This document shows, one piece after another, positions 18,884 to 28,214 of a stretch of DNA of 64,000 nucleotides (position 1 is its first letter; each line of letters begins with the position of its first letter). Under the pieces are notes generated by a model. That model was not told where the DNA came from. It worked only from the letters and a program-made list of their open reading frames with translations, and searched no databases. The stretch covers positions 57 to 64,056 of the forward strand of contig CAYPAI010000004.1 in assembly GCA_964408705.1 (NCBI GenBank). Reading direction: 5' to 3'. The DNA is from Candidatus Woesearchaeota archaeon. Lineage in GTDB: Archaea; Nanobdellota; Nanobdellia; SCGC-AAA011-G17; PNOQ01. Both the position numbers and the translations under genes were made by a program.

Positions 18884-20776
18884 TTGTTGTTTATACCTCT
18901 TGCATCTGCAGAGGTAGATAATTATTATGGATATTCTGAACTTATAATAGATTATGAGTTTAATACTGAAGTTGAACTTGATGGTGGTAATGATCTCGAT
19001 TATTTAAATGCTAATTTAACATTAATCCCGTTAGAGAGTTATAGGCAAGAAGTTATTAGTTTTTATCCAAATTCTAATCCAGTTTCTGAGATAGTACATG
19101 GTGATACTTTTTTAAATTATATTTGGAATGAGTATAATCCAATATTTCAGATAGGAATTGAATCTAGTATAAAATCTAAAAGTTCATTCCATAAGTTAGA
19201 TCATATTTCTTTTCCAATAATAGATTTAGATGAGAATTATCAAATGTATCTTCAAGAAGGTGAAAAGATAGATATTACTGATGATATAGTGAATAAAGCT
19301 GCAGAGATAGTTGCAGGAGAAGATGATTTGTATACTGCCGTATTCAAACTTGCAGATTGGACGAGAAATAATATTGAATATGACTTAAATTCATTAACCG
19401 CTAAAGCTGCACTAAAATCCTCATGGGTTTTAGAGAATAGGCAAGGAGTTTGCGATGAGATGACTTCATTATTTATATCTTTTTGTAGGTCTGTAGGAAT
19501 TCCTGCAAGATTTATATCTGGTACAGCTTATACTAATGTAGATTATAGTTTTGGTAATCATGGGTGGGCAGAAGTTTATTTTCCAGATCATGGATGGGTA
19601 CCATATGATGTTACTTTTGGAGAATATTCTTGGTTAAACCCTGCACATATTAGTCTTGCTAAATCTCTAGATAGTGGAGATTCTGCAATAAAATATAGTT
19701 GGATGGGAAATAATATTGATATAGAAACTACTCCTATAATTATTAATGCAGAGGTAGTTTCTGAAGGAGATTATCTTGAACCAATTTTTGATATTGATGT
19801 CGATTTTTTAGTCGATCAAGTTGCCCCTGGAAGTTATGTCCCTGTAAGAGTTTCAATAGACAATAATTTTGATAAGTATGTTACTAATACTATATTTATA
19901 ACTAAATCGCCCTCTCCCTTGGCAGTAAAGGATAATCCTAGGCCAATATTAATGAAGCCTAACCAAGAAAAGTCTTCATTTTGGACGATAAAAGTTCCAA
20001 GTGATGTTGATCCCGGGTATGTTTATACTTCTACATTTGAGGTAAAAGATATTTTTGGATCAATTTCTTCGGATACTTTAGAATTTTCTCAACAATATGA
20101 ATTGTTTACTCAAGATGAAGCTTTGTCTTTAATTGAAGGCTTAGAAGAAGAAGAGGATATGACCTATTCTGAAAATATATTTTTAGAATGTTCTTCTTCA
20201 AAAGATTATTATTATTTTTTTGAAAAAGTAAAAATAAATTGTGAGGTGCAAAATATTGGAAATACTTTAATCAGTGAACTAAGAGTTTGTTTATATGAGG
20301 AATGTGAAGATATTGATTTAAATATAGCACAAAAGAAGAATATTTTCTTTAATACCGATCCTTCTATTGGGAATTTAGCAGTCTCTGCTAAGAATTCTGA
20401 TCTTGAAGTGTATTCCTTTATAAATTTCCTAATTTTGGATTCTCCAGACTTAGAGGTATCAAATTTTGAGTTTAAAGATATTGTAAGTTATAATGATAAA
20501 CTTGATATTTCCTTTGTGTTAAGTTCTAAGGCAATAATCAATAATTTAGAAATAGTTGTTGGTGGATTGGAACCAATTAATATTGAAAAAACAAAGGAAT
20601 CAATACCTGTTTCTATAAATACAGATGCCAAATATTTTATAGATAGAGTTGATTTAGTTATAAATTATGAAGATGAATATGGTAATAAATTTTCAATTGA
20701 AGAATTTAAAAGTATAAATATAAATGATATTCCTTGGTATGCTAGATTTTTTAATTTGTTTAGAAGGATTTTTTAA
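18884..20776 (+). CDS. Secreted transglutaminase-like (Cys-His-Asp) domain protein.
   Basis: The transglutaminase-like core reads QGVCDEMTSLFISFCRSVGIPARFISG...GNHGWAEVYFPDHGWVPYDVT. An in-frame signal-peptide-like segment (KKIILLFLLFIPLASA) sits upstream of the TTG start and has no ATG. Confidence 0.75.
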   Translation: MLFIPLASAEVDNYYGYSELIIDYEFNTEVELDGGNDLDYLNANLTLIPLESYRQEVISFYPNSNPVSEIVHGDTFLNYIWNEYNPIFQIGIESSIKSKSSFHKLDHISFPIIDLDENYQMYLQEGEKIDITDDIVNKAAEIVAGEDDLYTAVFKLADWTRNNIEYDLNSLTAKAALKSSWVLENRQGVCDEMTSLFISFCRSVGIPARFISGTAYTNVDYSFGNHGWAEVYFPDHGWVPYDVTFGEYSWLNPAHISLAKSLDSGDSAIKYSWMGNNIDIETTPIIINAEVVSEGDYLEPIFDIDVDFLVDQVAPGSYVPVRVSIDNNFDKYVTNTIFITKSPSPLAVKDNPRPILMKPNQEKSSFWTIKVPSDVDPGYVYTSTFEVKDIFGSISSDTLEFSQQYELFTQDEALSLIEGLEEEEDMTYSENIFLECSSSKDYYYFFEKVKINCEVQNIGNTLISELRVCLYEECEDIDLNIAQKKNIFFNTDPSIGNLAVSAKNSDLEVYSFINFLILDSPDLEVSNFEFKDIVSYNDKLDISFVLSSKAIINNLEIVVGGLEPINIEKTKESIPVSINTDAKYFIDRVDLVINYEDEYGNKFSIEEFKSININDIPWYARFFNLFRRIF

Positions 20777-20788
20777 ATGTAAAACCTT

Positions 20789-22234
20789 TCAATAACTTTT
20801 TCCAAAGTAGGCATGGTATTTTGCATTATTTTTACAACCTATGCATTTTTTATTTAAATCTTTTTGATTAAATGGAATATTTAGAGATTTAGCTCCATTT
20901 GTTTTAAGTTTAATAGATTCTTCGCATTTGATTTTGCCACACCATGGTATAAATGCTATTTTTTTATTTTTTATTGATTTTTTCAAATCTTCAAATTTGT
21001 TTGTTTTAACTATTTTTGATTCTAATGATTTTTTTGCTTTTTCATATAAGTTTTTTTGAATCTCAATTAATAACTCTTTGAACTTTTTTGGTAATTCCTT
21101 CTCTTTAACTAAAATTTTTTCAGATGTGTCTCTTCTAACTACTACTACTTGTTTTTTTTCTATATCTTTAGGCCCAATCTCTATTCTTAAGGGGATACCT
21201 TTCATTTCCCAATGGTTAAATTTCCATCCAGGAGTGTGATCTAGCCTAGAGTCTATTTTACATAACGAAGATCCTATTCTTTTTTGTATTTCTTTTGATT
21301 TATTCAAAACTTTATCCATACTATCTTCAAATAGTATAGGTATTATTATCGCTTTAATTTGGGAAATTTTTGGAGGTAAAATTAATCCTTTATCATCCCC
21401 ATGTATTGCTAACATTATTCCTAAACTTCTTGTTGAGAATCCCCAGGAATTTTGCCAAGCATATTGTTTTTTCCCCTTTTTATCTAAAAATTTTATATTA
21501 AAAGGTTTAGAAAAATTTTGGCCTAAATGATGAGTAGTTGCTCCTTGTATGCCTTTGCCATTAGGTAGCAATGCTTCTACACTTAATGAATAATCTGCAC
21601 CGGCAAATTTTTCTTTTTCAGATTTTTTACCGCTTAAAACTGGAATTGCATATAGTTCTTCAAATAAATTTTTATAAAATTTTAAAATTTTATTTGCTTC
21701 TTTGTCTGCTTCTTTTTTTGTTGAAAAAACAGTATGCCCTTCTTGCCATAAAAATTCCCTAGTTCTTAAAAAAGGTATAGGGTTTTTAAATTCCCATCTA
21801 ACTACTGAGCACCATTGATTATATCTCATTGGAAGATCTTTCCATGATCTTATCCATTTAGAGTAAGAGTCATACATTAGCGTTTCAGAAGTTGGTCTAA
21901 TCGCTAGTTTTTCACTAAGTTTTGTTTTACCAGTATGGGTAACCCATGCTACTTCTGGTGAAAAACCTTCAAGATGTTCTGCTTCTTTCATTAATAACTT
22001 TTCAGGTATAAACATTGGAAAGTAAACATTTTCAACCCCATCTTTTTTTATTTTCTTGTTAAAATATTCTTTTGCAGACTCCCAGAGTACAAAAGAATTT
22101 GGTTTAAACACTAAGCAACCCGAAACTTTACTATAATCAACTAAATCTGCTTTTTTTATTATTTGAGTATACCATTCTGAGAAATTTTCGGATTTCTTTA
22201 TAGAGATTCCTTCTTCATTATATTTTTTTTTCAT
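20789..22234 (-). CDS. proS: Prolyl-tRNA synthetase (archaeal/eukaryotic type).
   Basis: 481 aa. It has a class II catalytic core, an anticodon-binding domain and the archaeal-type C-terminal zinc-binding segment (CGKIKCEESIK...CIGCKNNAKYHAYFGKSY). Confidence 0.9.
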   Translation of the reverse strand: MKKKYNEEGISIKKSENFSEWYTQIIKKADLVDYSKVSGCLVFKPNSFVLWESAKEYFNKKIKKDGVENVYFPMFIPEKLLMKEAEHLEGFSPEVAWVTHTGKTKLSEKLAIRPTSETLMYDSYSKWIRSWKDLPMRYNQWCSVVRWEFKNPIPFLRTREFLWQEGHTVFSTKKEADKEANKILKFYKNLFEELYAIPVLSGKKSEKEKFAGADYSLSVEALLPNGKGIQGATTHHLGQNFSKPFNIKFLDKKGKKQYAWQNSWGFSTRSLGIMLAIHGDDKGLILPPKISQIKAIIIPILFEDSMDKVLNKSKEIQKRIGSSLCKIDSRLDHTPGWKFNHWEMKGIPLRIEIGPKDIEKKQVVVVRRDTSEKILVKEKELPKKFKELLIEIQKNLYEKAKKSLESKIVKTNKFEDLKKSIKNKKIAFIPWCGKIKCEESIKLKTNGAKSLNIPFNQKDLNKKCIGCKNNAKYHAYFGKSY

Positions 22235-22270
22235 TAGAATTAATTAAAATCAATTATATAAAAAACTTTG

Positions 22271-22439
22271 TTATTTTTCCTTAAGGTGTTTTATGTACTT
22301 TTTTTCTTTTAGTGGTTTTTCATTTTTGAAGCCACATTCCTTGCAATAGGCTATAAAATAAAGTCCATCATTAAATTTATGTTGTCCCTTGTGTAATATA
22401 TTTTTACAATTTGGACAATTTTCTCTAAGTTTTTTCATT
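22271..22439 (-). pseudogene. Small C4 zinc-ribbon protein gene disrupted by a 1-nt frameshift.
   Basis: The reverse complement reads MKKLRENCPNCKNILHKGQQ and then stops. The second half-ribbon, ...LYFIAYCKECGFKNEKPLKEKKYIKHLKEK*, lies in the adjacent frame with no start codon. Removing one A in caacaataaa restores a 55-aa CPNC-x18-CKEC protein. Confidence 0.3.
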
Positions 22440-22612
22440 TAATAAAAAAGCTCCAGATAATCTTCATTATTCCTGCAATAAAAAACATAATTGCAAAAAC
22501 TTTTTCTAAATCTAGAATTCCTTGCCATAATAAATAAGAAAAACATAGAGATATGACTCCACCAAGTAATATTCCTGTTTTACCAATTTTACTAATTTTT
22601 TTATCTACCATG
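22436..22612 (-). CDS. Small hydrophobic protein (58 aa) of unknown function.
   Basis: The reverse-complement ORF is MVDKKISKIGKTGILLGGVISLCFSYLLWQGILDLEKVFAIMFFIAGIMKIIWSFFIK. It falls below the ORF-track size cutoff and has two predicted TM helices. Confidence 0.3.
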
Positions 22613-22665
22613 TATTAAATCTAAAAAACATAATTTAAAAAAGTTATGGTATTATTTATTTTACT

Positions 22666-23505
22666 ATGCCAATCAATGCAGGTTTTGAGTATCAAAAACT
22701 AGAAAAAGAATATGCTAATGCAGATACTATTGAAGATAAAGTAAAAGCTCTTCAGAAGATGTTACAAGCAGCACCTTCTCATAAAGGTGCAGAAAACTTA
22801 AGGAACGATATCAAACAAAGAATTTCAAAATATAAAAAGATATTAGAGAAAGAAAAACAGTCAAAGAAAGGTTCAAGAGGATTTTCAGTAAAAAAAGAAG
22901 GGGCAGCTCAAATAGTTTTATTGGGTGTTACAAACATTGGAAAATCTACTTTATTATCAAAACTTACAAATGCAAAACCTGTTATTGCAGATTACCCATT
23001 TACTACAAATAAACCGGAAATAGGTACTCTTGAGTATAATGGAATAATTCTTCAGATAGTTGAAATTCCTGCTATAACTGAAAATTATTTGGATAAGGAG
23101 AATGGACCAGCTTTTATGGGTATAGTTAGGGGTTCTGATCTTGTGGTTTTATTATACAAACATAAAAAAGATGTTGTTATTGTTAAAAATCAACTTAAGG
23201 AAGCAGAAATTAATAAAAAATTAATAACTGTATCTAATCAAGATAGAGTTGTAGAAAGGATTTGGAAAAATTTAGATTTGATTTATGTGTATACAAAGTC
23301 TCCTGGAAAAGATAAAGACTATCCTCCTGTGGCATTAAATAAAAGATCTACAGTGAAGGATTTAACTCTTAAGGTACATAAAGATTTTTTTAAAAATTTT
23401 GATTATGCAAGAATATGGGGGAATTCAGCAAAACATCCAGGAATGAGAGTTGGTTTAGACCATGTTCTTAAGGAAAAAGATGTTGTAGAACTACATATTA
23501 AGTAA
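22666..23505 (+). CDS. Obg/DRG-family GTPase-like protein with a C-terminal TGS-like domain and noncanonical G3/G4 motifs.
   Basis: G1 is GVTNIGKST and G2 is YPFTT. The G3 position reads EIPA instead of DxxG. The G4 position reads SNQD instead of NKxD. Confidence 0.65.
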   Translation: MPINAGFEYQKLEKEYANADTIEDKVKALQKMLQAAPSHKGAENLRNDIKQRISKYKKILEKEKQSKKGSRGFSVKKEGAAQIVLLGVTNIGKSTLLSKLTNAKPVIADYPFTTNKPEIGTLEYNGIILQIVEIPAITENYLDKENGPAFMGIVRGSDLVVLLYKHKKDVVIVKNQLKEAEINKKLITVSNQDRVVERIWKNLDLIYVYTKSPGKDKDYPPVALNKRSTVKDLTLKVHKDFFKNFDYARIWGNSAKHPGMRVGLDHVLKEKDVVELHIK

Positions 23506-23545
23506 TAGAAATAAATAAAAAACTTAAATAATAATATTTATTAAA

Positions 23546-23854
23546 ATGGTAGATGATATTCAAATATTAGGGTTAGATGATTTTGAAGATGATGAAAAAT
23601 CTAAAATAATTGAGTTAGCAGATTCTCATTATAAAAAGATAAAAAGAGATCTTCCTGGAAAGTTAGTATTACATGCAAAAAAACATGAAAAAGATGGAGA
23701 TAGGTGTAAGTATTCATTTCATGCAAGAATTCAAGTACCAAATAATATAGTTAATGTTAATGGGGAAGATTGGGATCTTGCTAAGGCATTACATATATCT
23801 TTAATAAAAGTTGAACATTATATAAAGAATAGATTTAGAAGTATAGAAAAATGA
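23546..23854 (+). CDS. Hypothetical protein, translationally coupled to pth2 by an ATGA overlap.
   Basis: 102-aa ORF. Its stop overlaps the pth2 start by 4 nt. Confidence 0.45.
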   Translation: MVDDIQILGLDDFEDDEKSKIIELADSHYKKIKRDLPGKLVLHAKKHEKDGDRCKYSFHARIQVPNNIVNVNGEDWDLAKALHISLIKVEHYIKNRFRSIEK

Positions 23855-24195
23855 GTTTAAAGCAAATAATTATTGTTAGAAAGGATTTAAAAATGAGTTC
23901 TGGTAAAGTTGCTGCACAATCTAGTCATGCCTCTACAGAGGCTGTTCTTAAAACAGATAGTTCTAAAGTTAAGGAGTGGAGAGGCAAAGGGATGAAAAAA
24001 GTTATATTAAAGGTAAGTAGTCAAAAGGAAATTTTAGATTTAAAATTAAAAGCTGAAAGAGAGGGATTAGTTACATCATTGATAAAAGATGCCGGAAAAA
24101 CTCAAGTTACCCCTGGGACAATCACTTGTTTAGGTATTGGGCCTGATTCTGAAGAAAAAATTGATAAATTAGCTGCAAAGTTAAAATTGCTGTAA
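23851..24195 (+). CDS. pth2: Peptidyl-tRNA hydrolase, archaeal Pth2 type.
   Basis: IIIVRKDLKMSSGKVAAQSSHAS...VTPGTITCLGIGP matches the Pth2 family hallmark. Confidence 0.85.
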   Translation: MSLKQIIIVRKDLKMSSGKVAAQSSHASTEAVLKTDSSKVKEWRGKGMKKVILKVSSQKEILDLKLKAEREGLVTSLIKDAGKTQVTPGTITCLGIGPDSEEKIDKLAAKLKLL

Positions 24196-24224
24196 CTAGC
24201 AAAGTATAAAAAGGATAGTAATTA

Positions 24225-24782
24225 TTGATTGTTATGAAAAAGTTTAGTTTTATTTTATGTTTATTTTTGGTAAGTCTTTTATTTATTTCAAGTTGCTACG
24301 ATAGCAATGTGTTCAGGAAGAATGATGTAGCAGAATTTTGTGTAGGTGAAGGTGAATCAATAGCTATAACTCACCCAGATTATGCCGAGGATTGTTGTGA
24401 AGGTCTTGTACAAATTTCTAATAAAGATCCAGACTTTTCGGGGGCAGGTATATGTACTGGAAATTGTGGAGATGGGATATGTAATGAAGATTCAGAATCA
24501 AGTTATAATTGTGAAATAGATTGTGAATTGAATGATTCTAGAAATACTTCAGATGATGTTTTTAATGATTTTGATCAAGATGCTTCAGAGGAAGAAGTAG
24601 AATCAAATACTGAAGGCCCCAGGTGGGAAGATGTTTATGAAGATACTCAGTGTAATGGGGATGATGCAATTGCCATAATCTTTGAATTGGTTCAACAATC
24701 TGCTACTAATGAGCAGATAATGGAAGCTATGTGTGATATTAATTGTGAAGAATTGAACCCTCAAGACTATATTTGTTCTTAA
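24225..24782 (+). CDS. Secreted Cys-rich acidic lipoprotein carrying the shared 66-aa EFCVGEGES...EIDCEL module.
   Basis: The signal peptide has a lipobox (LLFISSC). Nucleotides 24331..24526 are 100% identical to 39282..39477. Confidence 0.7.
   Translation: MIVMKKFSFILCLFLVSLLFISSCYDSNVFRKNDVAEFCVGEGESIAITHPDYAEDCCEGLVQISNKDPDFSGAGICTGNCGDGICNEDSESSYNCEIDCELNDSRNTSDDVFNDFDQDASEEEVESNTEGPRWEDVYEDTQCNGDDAIAIIFELVQQSATNEQIMEAMCDINCEELNPQDYICS
24331..24526 (+). repeat. Copy 1 of a 196-bp segment that is 100% identical between two different lipoprotein genes.
   Basis: cagaattttgtgtaggtgaaggtgaatcaatagctataactcacccagattatgccgaggattgttgtgaagg... ...gtgaaatagattgtga is identical to 39282..39477. 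Confidence 0.85.
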
Positions 24783-24800
24783 TAAGAAGAGATAATATTT

Positions 24801-25493
24801 TTAATTTAAATTTTTAACTTTTCCAAAAAATTTTACTTCATCTTTTGATACAATATAACATTCAAAATTTTTAACACCTTTTTCTAAAAAAGGACTCAAA
24901 TGTTTATTTTTTGTTATATCAGAACCTTTTGTTAAATCATGAAAACTAGGGGTTACAATTAATTTATTTTTTTTATATTTTCCAACCAAGAAACACTTAA
25001 ATTTTTCATTTGGTTTCTCTTTAAAACTTATTGCAGGATGTTCGTGTCCAATTATTATAATCTTGTTTAATTTTTTTGGTATTTTGTGTCCATGAACTAT
25101 TGTAACATTTTCATCATTCCAAGAATCTATAATTTTTATATTTCTTTTTTTTGCAATTGGACCTAAAACAATATCATGATTACCTCTTATTAGAACTATT
25201 TCTTCAACTTTATTAGACAAGAAGTCAAATAAGTTTAAGGAATCTGTCCATTCCTGATTTAAGATAGATCCAAACTCATGTTTAATATCTCCATTAATTA
25301 TTACTCTTTTTACTTTTATTTTTTTAAATATTTTCTCTAGTTTATCTAATATGTTTTTTAGTTGAAATTTTGGAAGCAAAACACCTCTTTGTTGCAAATG
25401 TTCTTCATATCCAAGTTGTAAGTCCCCAATTATTAAATTATCCTTATAAACTAAGCCTAAATTAACTATCTTTATTTCTGAGGCAATTTTCAT
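24801..25493 (-). CDS. Calcineurin-like metallophosphoesterase (MPE), Lhr-associated.
   Basis: Metallophosphoesterase motifs GDIKHEFG, IRGNHD and GHEHP are present. The start lies 2 nt after the lhr stop. Confidence 0.8.
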   Translation of the reverse strand: MKIASEIKIVNLGLVYKDNLIIGDLQLGYEEHLQQRGVLLPKFQLKNILDKLEKIFKKIKVKRVIINGDIKHEFGSILNQEWTDSLNLFDFLSNKVEEIVLIRGNHDIVLGPIAKKRNIKIIDSWNDENVTIVHGHKIPKKLNKIIIIGHEHPAISFKEKPNEKFKCFLVGKYKKNKLIVTPSFHDLTKGSDITKNKHLSPFLEKGVKNFECYIVSKDEVKFFGKVKNLN

Positions 25494-25495
25494 AT

Positions 25496-28105
25496 TTAGT
25501 GTAAATCCTCTATCTTTCTATTTTTACCAATTTTGGCTAATACCATTTTATGCATTCTATTTATGAAATCTACCCTGTCTTCCATCCTCATAATATCTAG
25601 ATGAGACTGAGTTACAAGATTAAATGCAAATGGGCTTGGAATTGTTGTTTTTGTTTCTTTTAGTTTTATTTTTTTATTTTTTAAGTCTTCTAAAACTTTT
25701 TTTGCATTTTCAATATCCATCAAATCTTCTAATACTTCCCTTCTTGATTCTTTTAATATTGAAAATTCTTTATCAATTTGTCTTACAGCTTTTAAGAGTA
25801 TCATAGAACTAACTTGTTGTCTTCCTACTCTTTTTTTCTTTCCCTTGTAATTTCGAAGTATCATGAGTGCTCTTCCTGCACAATGTCTAAACCTTCTCTT
25901 TAGTATTTCAGTTTTTTCTATTGCTTCTTCCATTGTATGTTTTAATAGTTCAGGTTCTAAATAGGAGAAGGCTCTTAATGCTTGAATCGGTTTTTTACTA
26001 GATATATAAAAACCATTATCACTTATCCCTATCTCTAGGTCTCTTTTGTGAATTTTTCCCAAAATATATGCTACTGCCCTACTTAGAACGTCGTTAACCC
26101 TTCTACCAAATAAAGTATGAAATATTACATATTTTTTACTGTCTTCATATCCTTCAGAATAATATTCAATTATTATTTCCTTGTTAGTTGGTATTAATGA
26201 ATAAAGATATTGTTCTTTGAAATATCTGTATATAGAATATGCAGCATTATCGTCTACATATAAGTGATTGTTAATAAACTCTAAAATATTTTTTCTTGAT
26301 TCTTTATTTTCAAATCTTTCTAACATTAGGCCCCTAAACTTTTGTATACTAGTTGCTAGATCGAAGCTTAAGGGTAACATTTCAGATATCCAGGAAGGGA
26401 TTGTTGGTGATTTTCCTGTTGCAGATTTTACTTGGGCAACCATTCCTCTACTATGTTGAAATTCATATGTATCTCCTCCGATCACAAATCTGTCTTTTTT
26501 CTTTAACTTTTCAAGAAATCCTTCATCTATAGTTCCTATCCTTTGATCACCAATTTTTACAGTTACACCAGTTTGGTCAGGAATTGTCCCAATGTTTGTA
26601 AGATTAATGATCCTACTCATTGTACCTTTCTTTCCGATTTCATTTGTTTCTGAGTCATACCATATTTTTGCAAAAATATATCTTTCTTCTAAACTTACAT
26701 AATTTCCTGCTAAATAATCTATTATTTCCATAAAATCTTTTTTATCTAAGTTTCTATAACAATATGATTTTGTTATGGTTTCGTATAATTTTTCTAGATC
26801 CCAAATTTTTATACAAGCCATACCATGGATAACTTGTGCTAGAACATCTAAGGCGTTATTTGGTATGTGTATTCTATCTATTTTTTTTTCTAATGCATTT
26901 TTTAATAAAACACTACATTCTATTAAATCATCTCTATCCAAAACTATAATTTTTCCCTTTACAGTTTCATGTAGGCTATGTCCTGCTCTACCTACTCTTT
27001 GTAAAAATCTTGCTACAGATTTAGGAGACCCAAGGCAGATTACCAAATCTATAGATCCTATATCTATTCCTAATTCTAAACTTGTTGAACAAACTACTGT
27101 TTTTAGTTTTCCTTCTTTTAATTTATTTTCTATGTTTATTCTATGTTCTTTACTTAAACTTCCATGATGTGCCCCAATGTTTTCAGTATATTTAGATGGG
27201 TACATTTTTTTTAGATGGTGAACTATTCTTTCTGTTCCTGCTCTTGTATTTGTAAAAATTAAAGTTGTTTTATGATTATCTATTAATTTATCTACTGTTT
27301 TGTAAAGTGCCAAATGTGACCTTTCATAATCTACATCTATCAAATCAGGTAAGGGTGACATTACTTGTAAATCGAATTTTTTAGAAAATTCAATATTAGC
27401 TATTTTACATTTTCTTTTGGTTCCTACTAAGTATTCTGCAATTTCTTCTAGTGGTTCTATTGTTGCACTTAATCCAATTCTGCTTAGGTTTGGACTGATA
27501 CTGTTTAGTCTTTCTAGGAGTAAACTTAGATGTACTCCTCTTTTGTTTTCTGCCAATGCATGGATTTCATCTATTATTGTCCAATTTGTTCCTCTTAGAA
27601 GTTTGTAGAATTTTGGACTGGTTAGCATCAATCCTAAACTTTCAGGGGTAGTAATTACTATGTGAGGTGGATTTTTCAACATTTTTTGTTTTTGGTATGC
27701 TGTTGTGTCTCCCGTTCTTACTGCAACTCTTATGTTTATTTCTTGATTTCTTTTTTTTGCTAGTTCTTGTATTTCTTTTAGTGGTTCTTCTAAATTTACA
27801 AAAATATCGTTGTTCAATGCTTTTAATGGACTTATGTAAACCGCATAAACTCTGTCATCTAGTTTATTTTTAAGTGATAAAGTAACTAATTCGTTAAGGA
27901 TTGATAAGAATGCTGTTAATGTTTTTGTTCCGCCAGTTGGAGCAGATACTAAAATGTTATTTTTTTCATGAATTTCTTTAACTCCATAGAGTTGTGGCTC
28001 TGAAAAACTAGGATATTTGTTGAAAAACCATTCTTTTACTAAAGGGTGTAGGATAGCTTCAACTTCTTTTTTTGTATAAGGTTTTTTTAGTTTTTTGAGT
28101 GACAT
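25496..28105 (-). CDS. lhr: Lhr-type (Lhr-core) ATP-dependent DNA helicase, superfamily 2.
   Basis: Walker A is SAPTGGTKT. The DEIH box is IIDEIHALAENKRGVHLSLLLERL. Motifs SAT, QRVGRAGH and a C-terminal Lhr WH/domain-4 region are present. 869 aa. Confidence 0.85.
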   Translation of the reverse strand: MSLKKLKKPYTKKEVEAILHPLVKEWFFNKYPSFSEPQLYGVKEIHEKNNILVSAPTGGTKTLTAFLSILNELVTLSLKNKLDDRVYAVYISPLKALNNDIFVNLEEPLKEIQELAKKRNQEINIRVAVRTGDTTAYQKQKMLKNPPHIVITTPESLGLMLTSPKFYKLLRGTNWTIIDEIHALAENKRGVHLSLLLERLNSISPNLSRIGLSATIEPLEEIAEYLVGTKRKCKIANIEFSKKFDLQVMSPLPDLIDVDYERSHLALYKTVDKLIDNHKTTLIFTNTRAGTERIVHHLKKMYPSKYTENIGAHHGSLSKEHRINIENKLKEGKLKTVVCSTSLELGIDIGSIDLVICLGSPKSVARFLQRVGRAGHSLHETVKGKIIVLDRDDLIECSVLLKNALEKKIDRIHIPNNALDVLAQVIHGMACIKIWDLEKLYETITKSYCYRNLDKKDFMEIIDYLAGNYVSLEERYIFAKIWYDSETNEIGKKGTMSRIINLTNIGTIPDQTGVTVKIGDQRIGTIDEGFLEKLKKKDRFVIGGDTYEFQHSRGMVAQVKSATGKSPTIPSWISEMLPLSFDLATSIQKFRGLMLERFENKESRKNILEFINNHLYVDDNAAYSIYRYFKEQYLYSLIPTNKEIIIEYYSEGYEDSKKYVIFHTLFGRRVNDVLSRAVAYILGKIHKRDLEIGISDNGFYISSKKPIQALRAFSYLEPELLKHTMEEAIEKTEILKRRFRHCAGRALMILRNYKGKKKRVGRQQVSSMILLKAVRQIDKEFSILKESRREVLEDLMDIENAKKVLEDLKNKKIKLKETKTTIPSPFAFNLVTQSHLDIMRMEDRVDFINRMHKMVLAKIGKNRKIEDLH

Positions 28106-28214
28106 TTGGACGAGAATGAGATAGAAATCTTGTTTATAAAATATATGTTTGATTTATTATTTTATTTTTTAAATAATGGAAAGTTATTTAAATTGTTTTT
28201 ATTATAATTTAAGT

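Noticed and set aside
22271-22439. Intact 55-aa zinc-ribbon gene.
   Set aside because: On re-reading the reverse complement base by base, the frame hits TAA after codon 20 and the second CxxC half is in another frame. It is therefore reported as a frameshifted pseudogene instead.
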